Below, piece by piece: positions 10,008 to 19,814 of a stretch of 64,000 nt of DNA. The position numbers and the translations under genes were made by a program. Numbering within the stretch: position 1 is the stretch's first letter; each line of letters starts with the position of its first letter. This DNA is from Candidatus Bipolaricaulota bacterium (lineage in GTDB: Bacteria > Bipolaricaulota > Bipolaricaulia > UBA7950 > UBA9294). Location: NCBI GenBank assembly GCA_027007005.1, contig JALTFO010000048.1, positions 3,342-67,341 of the forward strand, read 5' to 3'. A model generated the notes under the pieces. That model was not told where the DNA came from. It ran no database searches and worked only from the letters and a program-made list of their open reading frames with translations.

Positions 10008-10814
10008 TCACACTCCTGAGTAAGCGGAGAAACCTCCGTCAATCGGGACGATGATGCCATTGACGAACTTTGCTTCATCCGATAACAACCAGTTAACCGT
10101 GCCTATCAGGTCTTCCGGCGTTCCAAACCGCCCCGTTGGCGTATGATCGATGATCTGCCTGCCACGCGAAGTGAGATCATCATTATCGTCTTTCAGGAGG
10201 AAACGGTTCTGCGCAGTGAGGAAGAACCCGGGAGCGATCGCGTTCACCCGGATATTGGGCGAGTACTCCTGCGCCATGTGCACCGCTAACCACTGGGTGA
10301 AGTTGGCCACTGCTGCCTTGGCCGCGGAGTAGGCCGGGATGCGAGTGAGCGGGCGGATTGCATTCATGGAGGCGATGTTGACGATCGCCCCGTTCTTCTG
10401 CTCGGCCAACACTTTGCCAAACGCCTGGCTAGTGAGGAATGTCCCCATGAAGTTCAGGTCAAAGGTGAACCTGATCGCGTCTTCTGGTAGATCGAAGAAC
10501 GGGACCTCTGCGCTCGTCGTCGCCTTGGGGTGATTCCCGCCAGCGCCGTTCACAAGGAAGTCGATATGTCCGAATTCATCGACCGTGCGTCTTGCCGCAT
10601 CGTTTAACTCATCGCGAGAGAGAACGCTCGTCTTGATAAACAGGCCGTCACTCCCCGCTGCACGCACGCGGGAGAGTGTCTCTTGCGCTCTTTTTTCATC
10701 GATATCAAGGAGAACGATCTTAGCTTGTTCTCGCGCCAACCCCACGGCGATCGCCGAGCAGAGGACGCCCGCGCCACCAGTTATCACAGCAACCTTTCCA
10801 TCAAACCTGTTCAT
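10008..10814 (-). CDS. SDR oxidoreductase, fructuronate reductase (UxuB-like)
   Basis: TGGAGVL, NGAGGNHPKATT, YSAAK and APGFF motifs; adjacent to uxaE. Confidence 0.8.
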   Translation of the reverse strand: MNRFDGKVAVITGGAGVLCSAIAVGLAREQAKIVLLDIDEKRAQETLSRVRAAGSDGLFIKTSVLSRDELNDAARRTVDEFGHIDFLVNGAGGNHPKATTSAEVPFFDLPEDAIRFTFDLNFMGTFLTSQAFGKVLAEQKNGAIVNIASMNAIRPLTRIPAYSAAKAAVANFTQWLAVHMAQEYSPNIRVNAIAPGFFLTAQNRFLLKDDNDDLTSRGRQIIDHTPTGRFGTPEDLIGTVNWLLSDEAKFVNGIIVPIDGGFSAYSGV

Positions 10815-12234
10815 CCTTCACCTCCAACCCCAGCAGGTGCCGTCCCAGATGCCGGGCCAGTCCTGCATAATGCTCCTCTTCGTGGCTTGCTAAGAATCTC
10901 TTCAACCTGTTTCCAAATTGGTCAAGAACAGAACCGTAGCCGACGTGCAGCACCTGCCGGCTATCGTGCTTCTCTACAAGTGTCGCAAGTTCATCATCTG
11001 GAACAGTGTCAATGGCTGGGATGCGTACCGGATCAGCGGAGATGTAGTAGCTCTTCTTAGCTGCATCAAACACCGAGAGCGAGAGATCCATGATCTCGCG
11101 GAAGAAGGATGGATCATCACGTGCCACCACCTCGAGTGCTACTAGGTAACTCGTCCCAGCGGTCTTCACGTGCCATTTGCCACGGGTCGCTTGGTGAATG
11201 AGCGGATAAAGGGTGAACTTGTCCGATCCGGAATGGAGACTCAGTCGATACGAACCAAACGAGCGGGCAATAGCAGCGTGGGCGTGAAGCTCCTCTTTGA
11301 ACTGATCTATGTCGCCCCTCCAGTCCACCCCCTTCTCCATCGCTCCAACGAAGCGCGGAGCAAGGCTCGTAAGCTTCACCCCTTTACGGTGCAGTTCACG
11401 AGCTACAAACAGGTGTTGTAGTGGGCTTGTCGGGAAATCGGTCTCATCGACAGAGACCTCGTAGTCAAACCCCTCTGGAAGACGCTCGCTGAGTGCACGG
11501 TACATCTTGGCGGCGTACTCAATGGCCTTGCCATACTTGACCGCGGCGCCAAAGAGGGCATCTTCTGTGAATCGCAGCTCTCCCAATTCTGGAATCAAGA
11601 ACGGACGATCGATGTACTCCTGTCGCAATTCATCGGCCTGGCTGAGGGCGGAGAATCGTTGTCGCAGTTCTTCTCCTGATATTTCCTCCGCTGCCACTAC
11701 GTGCTCTGACGGATCGCAGGTGAAGAACGTGTACCCGATATCCGCGGCCTCAAGCGCATCCTCAACGCGTTTTAGGTGATCGGCGTCCGCCCCGAATCCG
11801 CCCTTGTAGCCTTCCCGAAACGCGCCGAAGATCGCACTTGCCATTACTTCAGAAAACGTTCGTCCGGTACGAGCATTCTCCCGCACCGACTGCTGGGCGA
11901 GGATGGGAAAGACGTTCGTCTTTCCAAGGGCTCTGATGTGCCCTGGCGTGGCCGAACCAAGCCGGTCTCCGAATCCGAAACTGGGCCTATCGGAAGGAAT
12001 ACGTCGTGGCTTGAACCAGGGGACGACACGAGCGAGATCAAGGGCTACTTCAGTAGTTAGAGGATACAGGGCGCCATCGGCAAATGGATCACCTCCTGCA
12101 AAGGGAGATTCCCCATGGACATAGACTCTCTTCTCTCCATCGGAGCGCCTCACCAAGCAGAACAAGGTGTCTCTTCCCTTATAAAGTGATTGTTCAAAGA
12201 CCTCCCACCCTGTAGGAAGATTGCAAGTTGTCAA
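10801..12234 (-). CDS. uxaE: Tagaturonate/fructuronate epimerase
   Basis: GFGDRLG, AQQSVRE, GADADHLK, EVSVDET, SLHSGSDKF and HVKTAGTS motifs. Confidence 0.9.
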   Translation of the reverse strand: MTTCNLPTGWEVFEQSLYKGRDTLFCLVRRSDGEKRVYVHGESPFAGGDPFADGALYPLTTEVALDLARVVPWFKPRRIPSDRPSFGFGDRLGSATPGHIRALGKTNVFPILAQQSVRENARTGRTFSEVMASAIFGAFREGYKGGFGADADHLKRVEDALEAADIGYTFFTCDPSEHVVAAEEISGEELRQRFSALSQADELRQEYIDRPFLIPELGELRFTEDALFGAAVKYGKAIEYAAKMYRALSERLPEGFDYEVSVDETDFPTSPLQHLFVARELHRKGVKLTSLAPRFVGAMEKGVDWRGDIDQFKEELHAHAAIARSFGSYRLSLHSGSDKFTLYPLIHQATRGKWHVKTAGTSYLVALEVVARDDPSFFREIMDLSLSVFDAAKKSYYISADPVRIPAIDTVPDDELATLVEKHDSRQVLHVGYGSVLDQFGNRLKRFLASHEEEHYAGLARHLGRHLLGLEVKDEQV

Positions 12235-13019
12235 TTCTCTCCTCCTTTCAGCCTTTTGGGTACATTGAGAAGCGCATCGTAGTTTGGCTTGGGAAGCGGT
12301 TCGAGGACTAATGCCTGACGATAATCTATCGCATCAAGCGCGTCCCACACCTGCGCGAAATCAAGATGCCCATATCCTGGGATCCAGCGGTTGGAATCGG
12401 CAAGGTGTACGTGGAACAAGCGATGTCCCGCACTACTAAATGCTTCGCCGACATTTGTCTCTTCGATATTGGCGTGGAAGGTGTCGACGAGAAGGCCAAG
12501 GTTGTCTGCGCCAACACGCTTCACTACGTCGATCCCTTCTTCTACTGTATTCACTAGACGGGACTCATAGCGATTGAGCGGTTCGAGGGCGAGCTTGACT
12601 TGCGGAGCATGCTTCGCACACTCGCGTAGCGCCTCAGTGAGCAGTTCAATGTCACCGTCCGCACCACGCAGTGAACCAATGATCACCACTGCGCCAAACC
12701 TTGCAGCGAAGTCCATATGGGCCTCTATCCGGTCGATTGTGCGACGACGAATTTCCTCATCATCGCTTGTAAGGGAAAGCCCCTCCAGACCCGCTGCCTG
12801 CCCGGTGGTTATGGAAAGGAGGCGGAGGCCCTCAGATTCGAGGGCCTCCTTGGCTGTATCGGGATCTATATTGGTGGGATTGGTTATTGCTAGCTCTACC
12901 CCATCGTATCCTGCAGTCTTGACCCGTCTCAGTGCCTGCCGCCAGTCTACCGGCGCAAACGGTGAGAACGGAGTCGGATCCTGCAGAGGAACGATCATCC
13001 CCAATGGCCAGTCGTGCAT
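12231..13019 (-). CDS. iolO: Sugar isomerase/epimerase TIM barrel, IolO-like 5-keto-L-gluconate epimerase
   Basis: GYDGVELA, EPLNRYE, DTFHANIEE and HLADSNR motifs; position after iolM-iolN. Confidence 0.65.
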   Translation of the reverse strand: MHDWPLGMIVPLQDPTPFSPFAPVDWRQALRRVKTAGYDGVELAITNPTNIDPDTAKEALESEGLRLLSITTGQAAGLEGLSLTSDDEEIRRRTIDRIEAHMDFAARFGAVVIIGSLRGADGDIELLTEALRECAKHAPQVKLALEPLNRYESRLVNTVEEGIDVVKRVGADNLGLLVDTFHANIEETNVGEAFSSAGHRLFHVHLADSNRWIPGYGHLDFAQVWDALDAIDYRQALVLEPLPKPNYDALLNVPKRLKGGEN

Positions 13020-14114
13020 CTAGAACCCCCGGCGGGCCAGTGCATAGACTGGTTTCCATCCCGGGGAGCCGGGCTCCTTTAGGTAAGGCTCCATCTCCTC
13101 TTTCGTACGCGTCGTAATCTCCTCTACGGGGGGCAGCTTCCCTGGTGGGAACGCCTCGAGGATCTCATCGTGGACGAGGGTTAGGTAGCGAAGGATCGCG
13201 GCCGTTGGCCGTTTTGCCTTCTTCGGATCTGCGAGGGCTGGCTTTCCTACCGCCCCGTGCGGAACAGCGGCAAGCTCGATAGCGATATGTCCCTCTCCCT
13301 CAGACCATCTGTGTGGACGTCTGTACGGGTCAACGGAGGTGTCAAAGTGCCCGCCTGGCAAGTAACTCTTCCCCTCTCCACCGATTGCGTGGTCCATGTC
13401 GATCATCCCTTTCGGGAAGAGGAGGAGCCCAAGTGATGTCTCCGCCTCAGCAGAGTGGATGAAGTCCGTCTCCCAGCCGGTCCTTTCGCAAGGCACGAAG
13501 AACTCGCGCACGCAACGATGCCAGTCGAAGATCTGATAGATCCCAGGAAGCTGGTAGCGGTACATGAACTCGTGCAGCGCCGATTCGAGCATCCACAGTT
13601 GACCATGGTTGTTGATGATCAACTGCTTGCGGAACCCGTCGTTCCACAGTCCAAGCATAGTATTGATTAGTGTTTCCCGCACCACTTCCTCGGGCATGAT
13701 CACTGTTCCGGGCATCCCCACGTGATGGTAGGGGTGTCCACCGTAGTTAAGTGGGGAGTACACTAGGTTAACCGGCGCTCCCTTCTTTGCCGTATACCTG
13801 CGCACTCCTTCGATGAGCTGCGTCACCTGGAACAGGTCGTGCCCGGAACAGGAGTGATCGCCATGTCGCTCGGTAGAGGCAACGGGAATGATCACAATGT
13901 CATTCTTACGACGGTTCTGCTCCACCTTCGCGCGTGGAGTGGTCTGAATATACGATCCCGGCTTTACCATCTCAGAAGGGGCGGGAATGCCATATTCGGC
14001 TAGGATCTGATCGATCTGTTCTTCGGATGCGTCCCAAACTTCCTTCTTTAACCGCCCGACTTGTGAATCCTCAAACACAACCTGAGGAAGCTCTGTTGTA
14101 AGCCACTTGGCCAT
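13020..14114 (-). CDS. iolN: Creatininase-family 3-dehydro-scyllo-inosose hydrolase
   Basis: PVASTERHG, NNHGQ and HSAEAETS creatininase-like motifs; next to iolM. Confidence 0.8.
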   Translation of the reverse strand: MAKWLTTELPQVVFEDSQVGRLKKEVWDASEEQIDQILAEYGIPAPSEMVKPGSYIQTTPRAKVEQNRRKNDIVIIPVASTERHGDHSCSGHDLFQVTQLIEGVRRYTAKKGAPVNLVYSPLNYGGHPYHHVGMPGTVIMPEEVVRETLINTMLGLWNDGFRKQLIINNHGQLWMLESALHEFMYRYQLPGIYQIFDWHRCVREFFVPCERTGWETDFIHSAEAETSLGLLLFPKGMIDMDHAIGGEGKSYLPGGHFDTSVDPYRRPHRWSEGEGHIAIELAAVPHGAVGKPALADPKKAKRPTAAILRYLTLVHDEILEAFPPGKLPPVEEITTRTKEEMEPYLKEPGSPGWKPVYALARRGF

Positions 14115-14124
14115 TTTTCCTCCT

Positions 14125-15285
14125 TTACGGCTTGATAACGATCTTTCCATCTTCCCGTTTGCACGCCTTCTCGAGAGCGTCAAGCGCCTGATCGAGTGGG
14201 AAGGTGGAAGTGATGATCTTCGAGTTGTCGATAAGGCCAGAGCCCATCATCCGGATGACTGAGGGGAAGATAGCATGACCAGAGTGGCCCTGCGCACCGA
14301 ACAGTTGGCCACGGCGGACCTGAAAGTCCTCCAGGTACATCGGTACCCGCGTCGCCGCGCGACCAATCTGGGCGATCTTTCCGTTGATTGCCAAAGTCTT
14401 TTCCATCTCCGGGATTGTCTTGTCCGGCGCGCCAGCTGCTTCGACCGACATGTCGGCTCCGGCTCCACCGGTAAGATCCATCACCACCTCGGACGGCGAG
14501 ACTTCGAGCGGATTGTACACCGCGTCCGCTCCGACTTTCTTTGCCAATTCCCGCCGCGGCGCGGATACCTCAAAGGAGATCACCTTGGCTGCTCCAGACG
14601 CCTTGGAGAGCTGAATCGCCCCCAGACCGATTGGGCCGGCACCATAGACGACAACGTAGGCACCGGGACGGAATCCACCCGCTCGCTCGAAAATGCCATT
14701 GTAGGCGACACAGGTAGGCTCGGTCGTCGCGGCGACATTCCACGCCGTCTCTTCATCTGAATAGCGTTCAAAGATAGAGTCGATGCTCCAGCACAGTTTT
14801 GCTGGAACGACAATGTATTCCGCCATTGCTCCATCGATCGTAAATCCGATCTCTTCCAGATTAGCACAGTGATTGGGGAAACCATCGCGGCAAGCACGGC
14901 AATAACCGCACCATACCATCTCTTCTGCGGTAACTTTGTCCCCAACCTTGAATTGTTTCCCTTCGGGTCCAGGACCGATCTCTACAATCTCACCGGAGAA
15001 CTCGTGCCCGATAATCGCCGGAAACTTGGTTAGGCCCGGATAGAGAATGTAGTCGTCCGAATCATGCTCGTAGAAATGAATATCCGATCCACAGACCCCA
15101 CACGCGTGAATTTTGAGCAAGACCTCACCCTGGCCGGGTTGAGGCTGTGGAACGTCCTTCATCTCAAGCTTCGGATGACGCCAGACATTGAATCCCGCGA
15201 CCGCTTTTCCTGTTCTCTTCTCGAATTCTGAGACCTGATAACCCTGTCTTGGCTCCCACTGAGCCGAAAGTACTAGTCCCTTCAT
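14125..15285 (-). CDS. iolM: Zn-dependent scyllo-inosose 3-dehydrogenase
   Basis: CGVCGSD, GHEFSG, C-x2-C-x2-C-x7-C and GAGPIG motifs; cluster context. Confidence 0.8.
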   Translation of the reverse strand: MKGLVLSAQWEPRQGYQVSEFEKRTGKAVAGFNVWRHPKLEMKDVPQPQPGQGEVLLKIHACGVCGSDIHFYEHDSDDYILYPGLTKFPAIIGHEFSGEIVEIGPGPEGKQFKVGDKVTAEEMVWCGYCRACRDGFPNHCANLEEIGFTIDGAMAEYIVVPAKLCWSIDSIFERYSDEETAWNVAATTEPTCVAYNGIFERAGGFRPGAYVVVYGAGPIGLGAIQLSKASGAAKVISFEVSAPRRELAKKVGADAVYNPLEVSPSEVVMDLTGGAGADMSVEAAGAPDKTIPEMEKTLAINGKIAQIGRAATRVPMYLEDFQVRRGQLFGAQGHSGHAIFPSVIRMMGSGLIDNSKIITSTFPLDQALDALEKACKREDGKIVIKP

Positions 15286-15296
15286 TACTCCTCCTT

Positions 15297-15343
15297 TGCA
15301 AACGTTTGTATTGCGATTATAACAACACCTTCAGAAATATCAA
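15297..15343 (-). promoter_or_regulatory. sigma70-type promoter with LacI-type operator upstream of iolM
   Basis: TTGATA(15343-38)-N16-TATAAT(15321-16); near-palindrome TGCAAACGTTTGTA at 15297-15310, just before the AGGAGG RBS. Confidence 0.7.
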
Positions 15344-15360
15344 ACTCCTGTTACTCCCCT

Positions 15361-16176
15361 TCAGGATGCACCTTCCAATCGACGGAATTCGCGTATACTC
15401 CTATCCACCTCATTGACCGTCTGCTCGTACCAAGCATGTCCGTTCAAGGGGGTGAACGGATCGGGTCCAGGTGCGGTACACTCAACGATAATCGGGCCAG
15501 AGTAATCCACTTGTTCAAGCTCAGGTAATATACCTGAAAACGGGATGTGCCCGCGCCCGAGCGCGCGCCGGTTGGAGTCTGTCACATGGAACAAGAATAG
15601 CTTGTCACCGGCGGTCCGAATTGCGCCGACAAGATCCCTCCTCGATGTTCATGTGATAAGTATCAAGAAGGATTCCCACTGCCGAAGAGCCGACTTCGTC
15701 TACAAATGACCGCAACGCAGCAGCTGTATTCAGCAAGTGCGACTCGTAGCGGTTAAGCCCCTCCAGCGCGATGCGCAAGCCCAGTTCTTCTGCTTGTGCG
15801 GAGACAGTACGCTAACCTCTTCGGCCAGGAGGTGTTCCTCCTGCGCTTGCTCTGTAACAGCATGCATACGCCCTACCTCACCATGACAGCCAATCAAAGG
15901 AGATCCCATCTCGGTAGCATAGTCAAGGAGACGCAGGTAGTAATCGCGCGCCTTCTCTCTAATCCCAGTGTCCGGGTGAGCGAGATCGACATTGGTCGGA
16001 GTGAGAGAAAACACCGAGAGGCCGTGTTCTGATAGAACGCGATGCGCCACATGCGCCGGATAGCGCTCCCAATCGCCGAAGAGTTCGATCCCACTGTAGC
16101 CTAGCCCTGAAAGAAGCTCTGCAACCAGCAGCAGGGGAGTATCCCCAAGTATCCAACTGCATACTCCGTATCGCAC
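15361..16176 (-). pseudogene. Frameshifted sugar isomerase/epimerase (D-tagatose 3-epimerase-like)
   Basis: Three segments (GYSGIEL; EGLNRYE...DTYHMNIE; FHVTDSNR) separated by frameshifts near 15802 and 15638. Confidence 0.8.
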
Positions 16177-16187
16177 ATCGCCTCCTT

Positions 16188-17216
16188 CTACAGGTTGAGG
16201 TCCGGATCGATCTCCTCCAGACGCACGGGCCTGTTCTTGGCAAGGGAAAGCTTGGCTGCGTAACCCATGACCACGGGAATCTTGCCGTCACGTCCGCTGA
16301 CGAGGGGAGGCTCTCCCTTCTCAATCGAAAGAACGAACGCCTCCGCCTCAGCCACGTAGGCATCCATGTAGCGATCGGTGAAAAAGTGATAGAGAGCGGA
16401 TGAGCGATCACCCTCCGAACCGCTTAGCACCACGGTGTCGGGCTTGGGGTTGGAAACTACGATGGTCCCCTTCTCTCCAAAAACCTCCGCTCGCTGATCG
16501 TATCCATATACAGCTCGGCGGGAGTTGTCGATTACTCCTATCGCACCACTATTGAACCTCAGAGTAACTACAGCCGTATCAACATCTCCGAGCTCCCCGA
16601 TCCGCGGGTCAACCAGAACCGCACCCGATGCATAGACTTCCTCCACCTCGTCCTGCATCAGATAGCGCGCCATGTCAAAATCGTGGATCATCATGTCAAG
16701 GAATATGCCGCCCGACACCTTGACGTACTCCGGTGGGGGTGGTTCGGGATCGCGACTTGTTATCCGCAGGATATGCGGCCGTCCAATCTTTCCTTCCACT
16801 ACCAAATCGTGCGCGCGGCGGAAGTTCGGATCGAAGCGGCGATTGAACCCAATCTGTAGTAGCACGCCAGAGCGTTCGACAGTCTCCAACGCATGATCGA
16901 TCGTCGGAATATCAAGCGCGATCGGCTTTTCGCAGAATATGTTCTTCCCAGCCTCCGCTGCCTGTTCGATCAGCAAAGCATGGGTGTCCGTACTTGTACA
17001 GATGAAGACGGCATCAATCTGCGGATCGTCCAGTATTTGGCGAGGATCATCAAGCACGCTTGGGATCGATAATTCTTGAGCACATTGCTTCGCTGCCTCA
17101 GGAAAAACATCGGCAACCGCGGTTATCTTTACCCCACTAACACGGTACCTCAGATTTGCCGCGTGTAGTCGTCCGATACGTCCAGCACCAATCAGTCCAA
17201 TTTTAATAGCACCCAT
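16188..17216 (-). CDS. iolG: myo-inositol 2-dehydrogenase
   Basis: GAGRIG, CEKP, GFNRRFD, SRDP, DMMIHD and YGYDQR motifs. Confidence 0.92.
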   Translation of the reverse strand: MGAIKIGLIGAGRIGRLHAANLRYRVSGVKITAVADVFPEAAKQCAQELSIPSVLDDPRQILDDPQIDAVFICTSTDTHALLIEQAAEAGKNIFCEKPIALDIPTIDHALETVERSGVLLQIGFNRRFDPNFRRAHDLVVEGKIGRPHILRITSRDPEPPPPEYVKVSGGIFLDMMIHDFDMARYLMQDEVEEVYASGAVLVDPRIGELGDVDTAVVTLRFNSGAIGVIDNSRRAVYGYDQRAEVFGEKGTIVVSNPKPDTVVLSGSEGDRSSALYHFFTDRYMDAYVAEAEAFVLSIEKGEPPLVSGRDGKIPVVMGYAAKLSLAKNRPVRLEEIDPDLNL

Positions 17217-18035
17217 CTAAACCTCCTTGATGACAGTTGACAACAATTGATCTACCTTTCTAAACGCTTCCTTGGCAACTGTTGTTTGCTCGCCAGATTC
17301 GTACTTGGGATGAAAGGCCTCCACCGATAGGGGCCCAGCGTAACCCGTATCCAGGATCGCCTTCACATAGGCTGCGAGTGGCAATCCTCCTTCTCCGGGA
17401 AGAACACGATCACGATCAGTGATTTCAGCCAGTGTCTTCCCATCAGTCAGTGCGTCCGATAGGTGCACAAGGCCTATCTCGTCTGTGGAAAGCGCAACAA
17501 TGCGCTCTGGATCGGTACGGCTGACAGCAAGGTGAAACGTATCGAGAACAAGCGGGATTCCAGCCGTGGTAGCAACGGTGTGTGCTTCCTGAAGAGAGGA
17601 AAACGCGTGCGCGGGAAACCCGATGAATTCATACAATAGGCTGATGCGATATTCACGGCTTAGCTTACTCAGGTCCGCCAAGATCTCTTGCGCATCGGCG
17701 TGAGATGGACGCCCCTTCCCTGGAACGGCGATCACTTGATGCACGTTGAACCGCTTGGCAAGGGAGAAGACCTCCTCAGCTTGCGCGAATAAACGATCTG
17801 GCACAAGCTCGAACACACCTTCGATAGCATTTAGGGCAAGCCAAGAAAGGCCTGTATTATGAAGGCTAGCAAGCGCACGTTCTCGACAGCCACGCTCTTC
17901 GCAATCAACAAGAGCGGAAATACGTGGTTCATAGTATGAGAATCCGGCATCTCTTGCCGCGATCAAGCCCGATTCTAAGTTTGCTCGGGCGATGGTTGCT
18001 CCGTTCAACCCAAAAGGAAAACTCTTATGTGCCAT
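17217..18035 (-). CDS. Sugar phosphate isomerase/epimerase (IolI-like)
   Basis: YEFIGF, LDTFH, HLSD and DRVLPGEG motifs. Confidence 0.7.
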   Translation of the reverse strand: MAHKSFPFGLNGATIARANLESGLIAARDAGFSYYEPRISALVDCEERGCRERALASLHNTGLSWLALNAIEGVFELVPDRLFAQAEEVFSLAKRFNVHQVIAVPGKGRPSHADAQEILADLSKLSREYRISLLYEFIGFPAHAFSSLQEAHTVATTAGIPLVLDTFHLAVSRTDPERIVALSTDEIGLVHLSDALTDGKTLAEITDRDRVLPGEGGLPLAAYVKAILDTGYAGPLSVEAFHPKYESGEQTTVAKEAFRKVDQLLSTVIKEV

Positions 18036-18045
18036 TCTTGTACTC

Positions 18046-18828
18046 CTAAAGCAGTGCTTCAAGCTCGCTGATCTGAGCGATTATCGCATCAGCTCGCACC
18101 TGCAAATCAGACTTGCTATGCGCCATCGCTACTCCCAGTCCGGCTAGCTTGATCATCGATAGGTCGATCATCTGGTCCCCTACGGCTACTGTGCGTGCAA
18201 GTGGGATGTCCAGATACTCGCAGAGCCAAGCAAGTGCCGCTCCTTTCGATACTCCAGGAGGGAGGACTTCAACGTATTTCTTCTCCGAGCGCATGATGAC
18301 AAGTTCAGGAGCTACCGTACGCAACTTATCCTCAAGGGCGGGGAGCTCTTCCGGGTCACCGATGAACAGAAGTTTGATCGGCCCTGCCGCAAGAAGCGCT
18401 GTTTCGTCATCGATAAGCTTTTCTGATAATCCTTCTCGATTGAGAAATGTGCGAATAGGTGGCGTCATTTCTGACACGTAAACGTATGGATCATTGAGAG
18501 AGGGATATATCTGGGGATGAACCGGGAAACCGCGCGCTGCAACAAATACTTTGCGGGCAAGCTCACCGGGAATGTGTGCTTCATACAGCGATCGCTTTCC
18601 AAGGGTGTTGTACACAACTGCTCCATGATAGAGGACAGCCGGCGTCGTTATTTTCAGCTTATCGATCCACGGTCTGGCGGAGCTAATCGACCTTCCGGTG
18701 GCAAGCGTTACTCGATGGTGTTGAGAGAGCCGCGCGAGGAACTGCCTTGTCGATGAGGCGAGTGTCCCATCTCGTTCCAGCAGGGTTCCATCGACATCAA
18801 AGGCGAACAGCTCATAATCTGTATTCAT
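18046..18828 (-). CDS. Cof-type HAD-IIB phosphatase
   Basis: DVDGTLL, ATGR, VSKG and GDQMID motifs. Confidence 0.85.
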   Translation of the reverse strand: MNTDYELFAFDVDGTLLERDGTLASSTRQFLARLSQHHRVTLATGRSISSARPWIDKLKITTPAVLYHGAVVYNTLGKRSLYEAHIPGELARKVFVAARGFPVHPQIYPSLNDPYVYVSEMTPPIRTFLNREGLSEKLIDDETALLAAGPIKLLFIGDPEELPALEDKLRTVAPELVIMRSEKKYVEVLPPGVSKGAALAWLCEYLDIPLARTVAVGDQMIDLSMIKLAGLGVAMAHSKSDLQVRADAIIAQISELEALL

Positions 18829-18849
18829 TTGTCCATTGGGTGCCTTCCG

Positions 18850-19725
18850 CTAGAGCTTAGCCATGAGTTCAAGAACTTCAGAAAGATCCCGATGGAATGG
18901 GCCTGGCTCTTCCAATTTGAGGGTGGTGAGGGCAGCGGCAAAGCGCACTGCTTGCGCGGGAGAATCGCCCAGCAAACGCCGACCAAAGTAGGAAGAGAAG
19001 CAGCTATCTCCGCGTCCGGTTCGTCCGGCAAGCGATCGTGGACGGAACGGCGCTTCCACAACCTCATCGCCGATCTGCACCATGACCCCTTCTTGATGGG
19101 TAAGAACAACCTCTTTGGCTCCCCAATCGCGGAGGATCTTCGCTGCCTTGTAGCGATCCGTTTCTCCAGTCACCGTGGCCGCCTCGCGGTTATCTACCTT
19201 CAGGTAGTGTATCAAGGGAAGAACCTCTCGTGCCTGCTGCCAATGATCGCCGACGAGCTCTTTGTTTACCTCCTTACGCAGAAATCCTTGCGCATCAACG
19301 GCAAGTGGGCCGCGCGAAGCAATCTCCTTGAGGAACGGTAGATCGACCTCACCAGGGACGATCGTCCCCATATAGTAAACGCGTGCGTCGACTGCTGGGA
19401 TGTCTTCTACCGTGAACGTACCGGCAAATCCAAGCAAGTAGCAGGTTCGCCCATCGGAATTGCGGTCGGGGATGATGTTTTCTATCCCGGTCGTCTCTTC
19501 AGTAAATATGGGAAGGATTTCAGCACCGGCCTCCTTCAGATCATCCAGCAGTTCGATGTCTTGTTTGGCCACGCGCGTCAGCACAGCAATGTTGAGCCCG
19601 AGCTTGCGCAGGACCATGCCACCATAGTAGATTGCTCCTCCGGTGGCATCCGCTCGCTCACCCTCAACCACGATCCTGCCCTTGTCAATATGCCCGATGC
19701 ACAAAACATCCACTTGCTTGTTCAT
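18850..19725 (-). CDS. PfkB-family kinase, probable (PPi-dependent) inositol kinase
   Basis: GGAIYY, DAQG, LKVD and RTGRGD motifs; RBS AGGAGG. Confidence 0.75.
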   Translation of the reverse strand: MNKQVDVLCIGHIDKGRIVVEGERADATGGAIYYGGMVLRKLGLNIAVLTRVAKQDIELLDDLKEAGAEILPIFTEETTGIENIIPDRNSDGRTCYLLGFAGTFTVEDIPAVDARVYYMGTIVPGEVDLPFLKEIASRGPLAVDAQGFLRKEVNKELVGDHWQQAREVLPLIHYLKVDNREAATVTGETDRYKAAKILRDWGAKEVVLTHQEGVMVQIGDEVVEAPFRPRSLAGRTGRGDSCFSSYFGRRLLGDSPAQAVRFAAALTTLKLEEPGPFHRDLSEVLELMAKL

Positions 19726-19767
19726 CTGTCCTCCTAAGGTTGGGTTTCTACCACGCATCAGTTTCTT

Positions 19768-19809
19768 TGCTAACGTTTGCATTATAGACTGGAACAAAGC
19801 TGAGGTCAA
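19768..19809 (-). promoter_or_regulatory. sigma70-type promoter with LacI-type operator upstream of the PfkB kinase
   Basis: TTGACC(19809-04)-N17-TATAAT(19786-81), followed directly by TGCAAACGTTAGCA (19781-19768). Confidence 0.72.
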
Positions 19810-19814
19810 TCATC

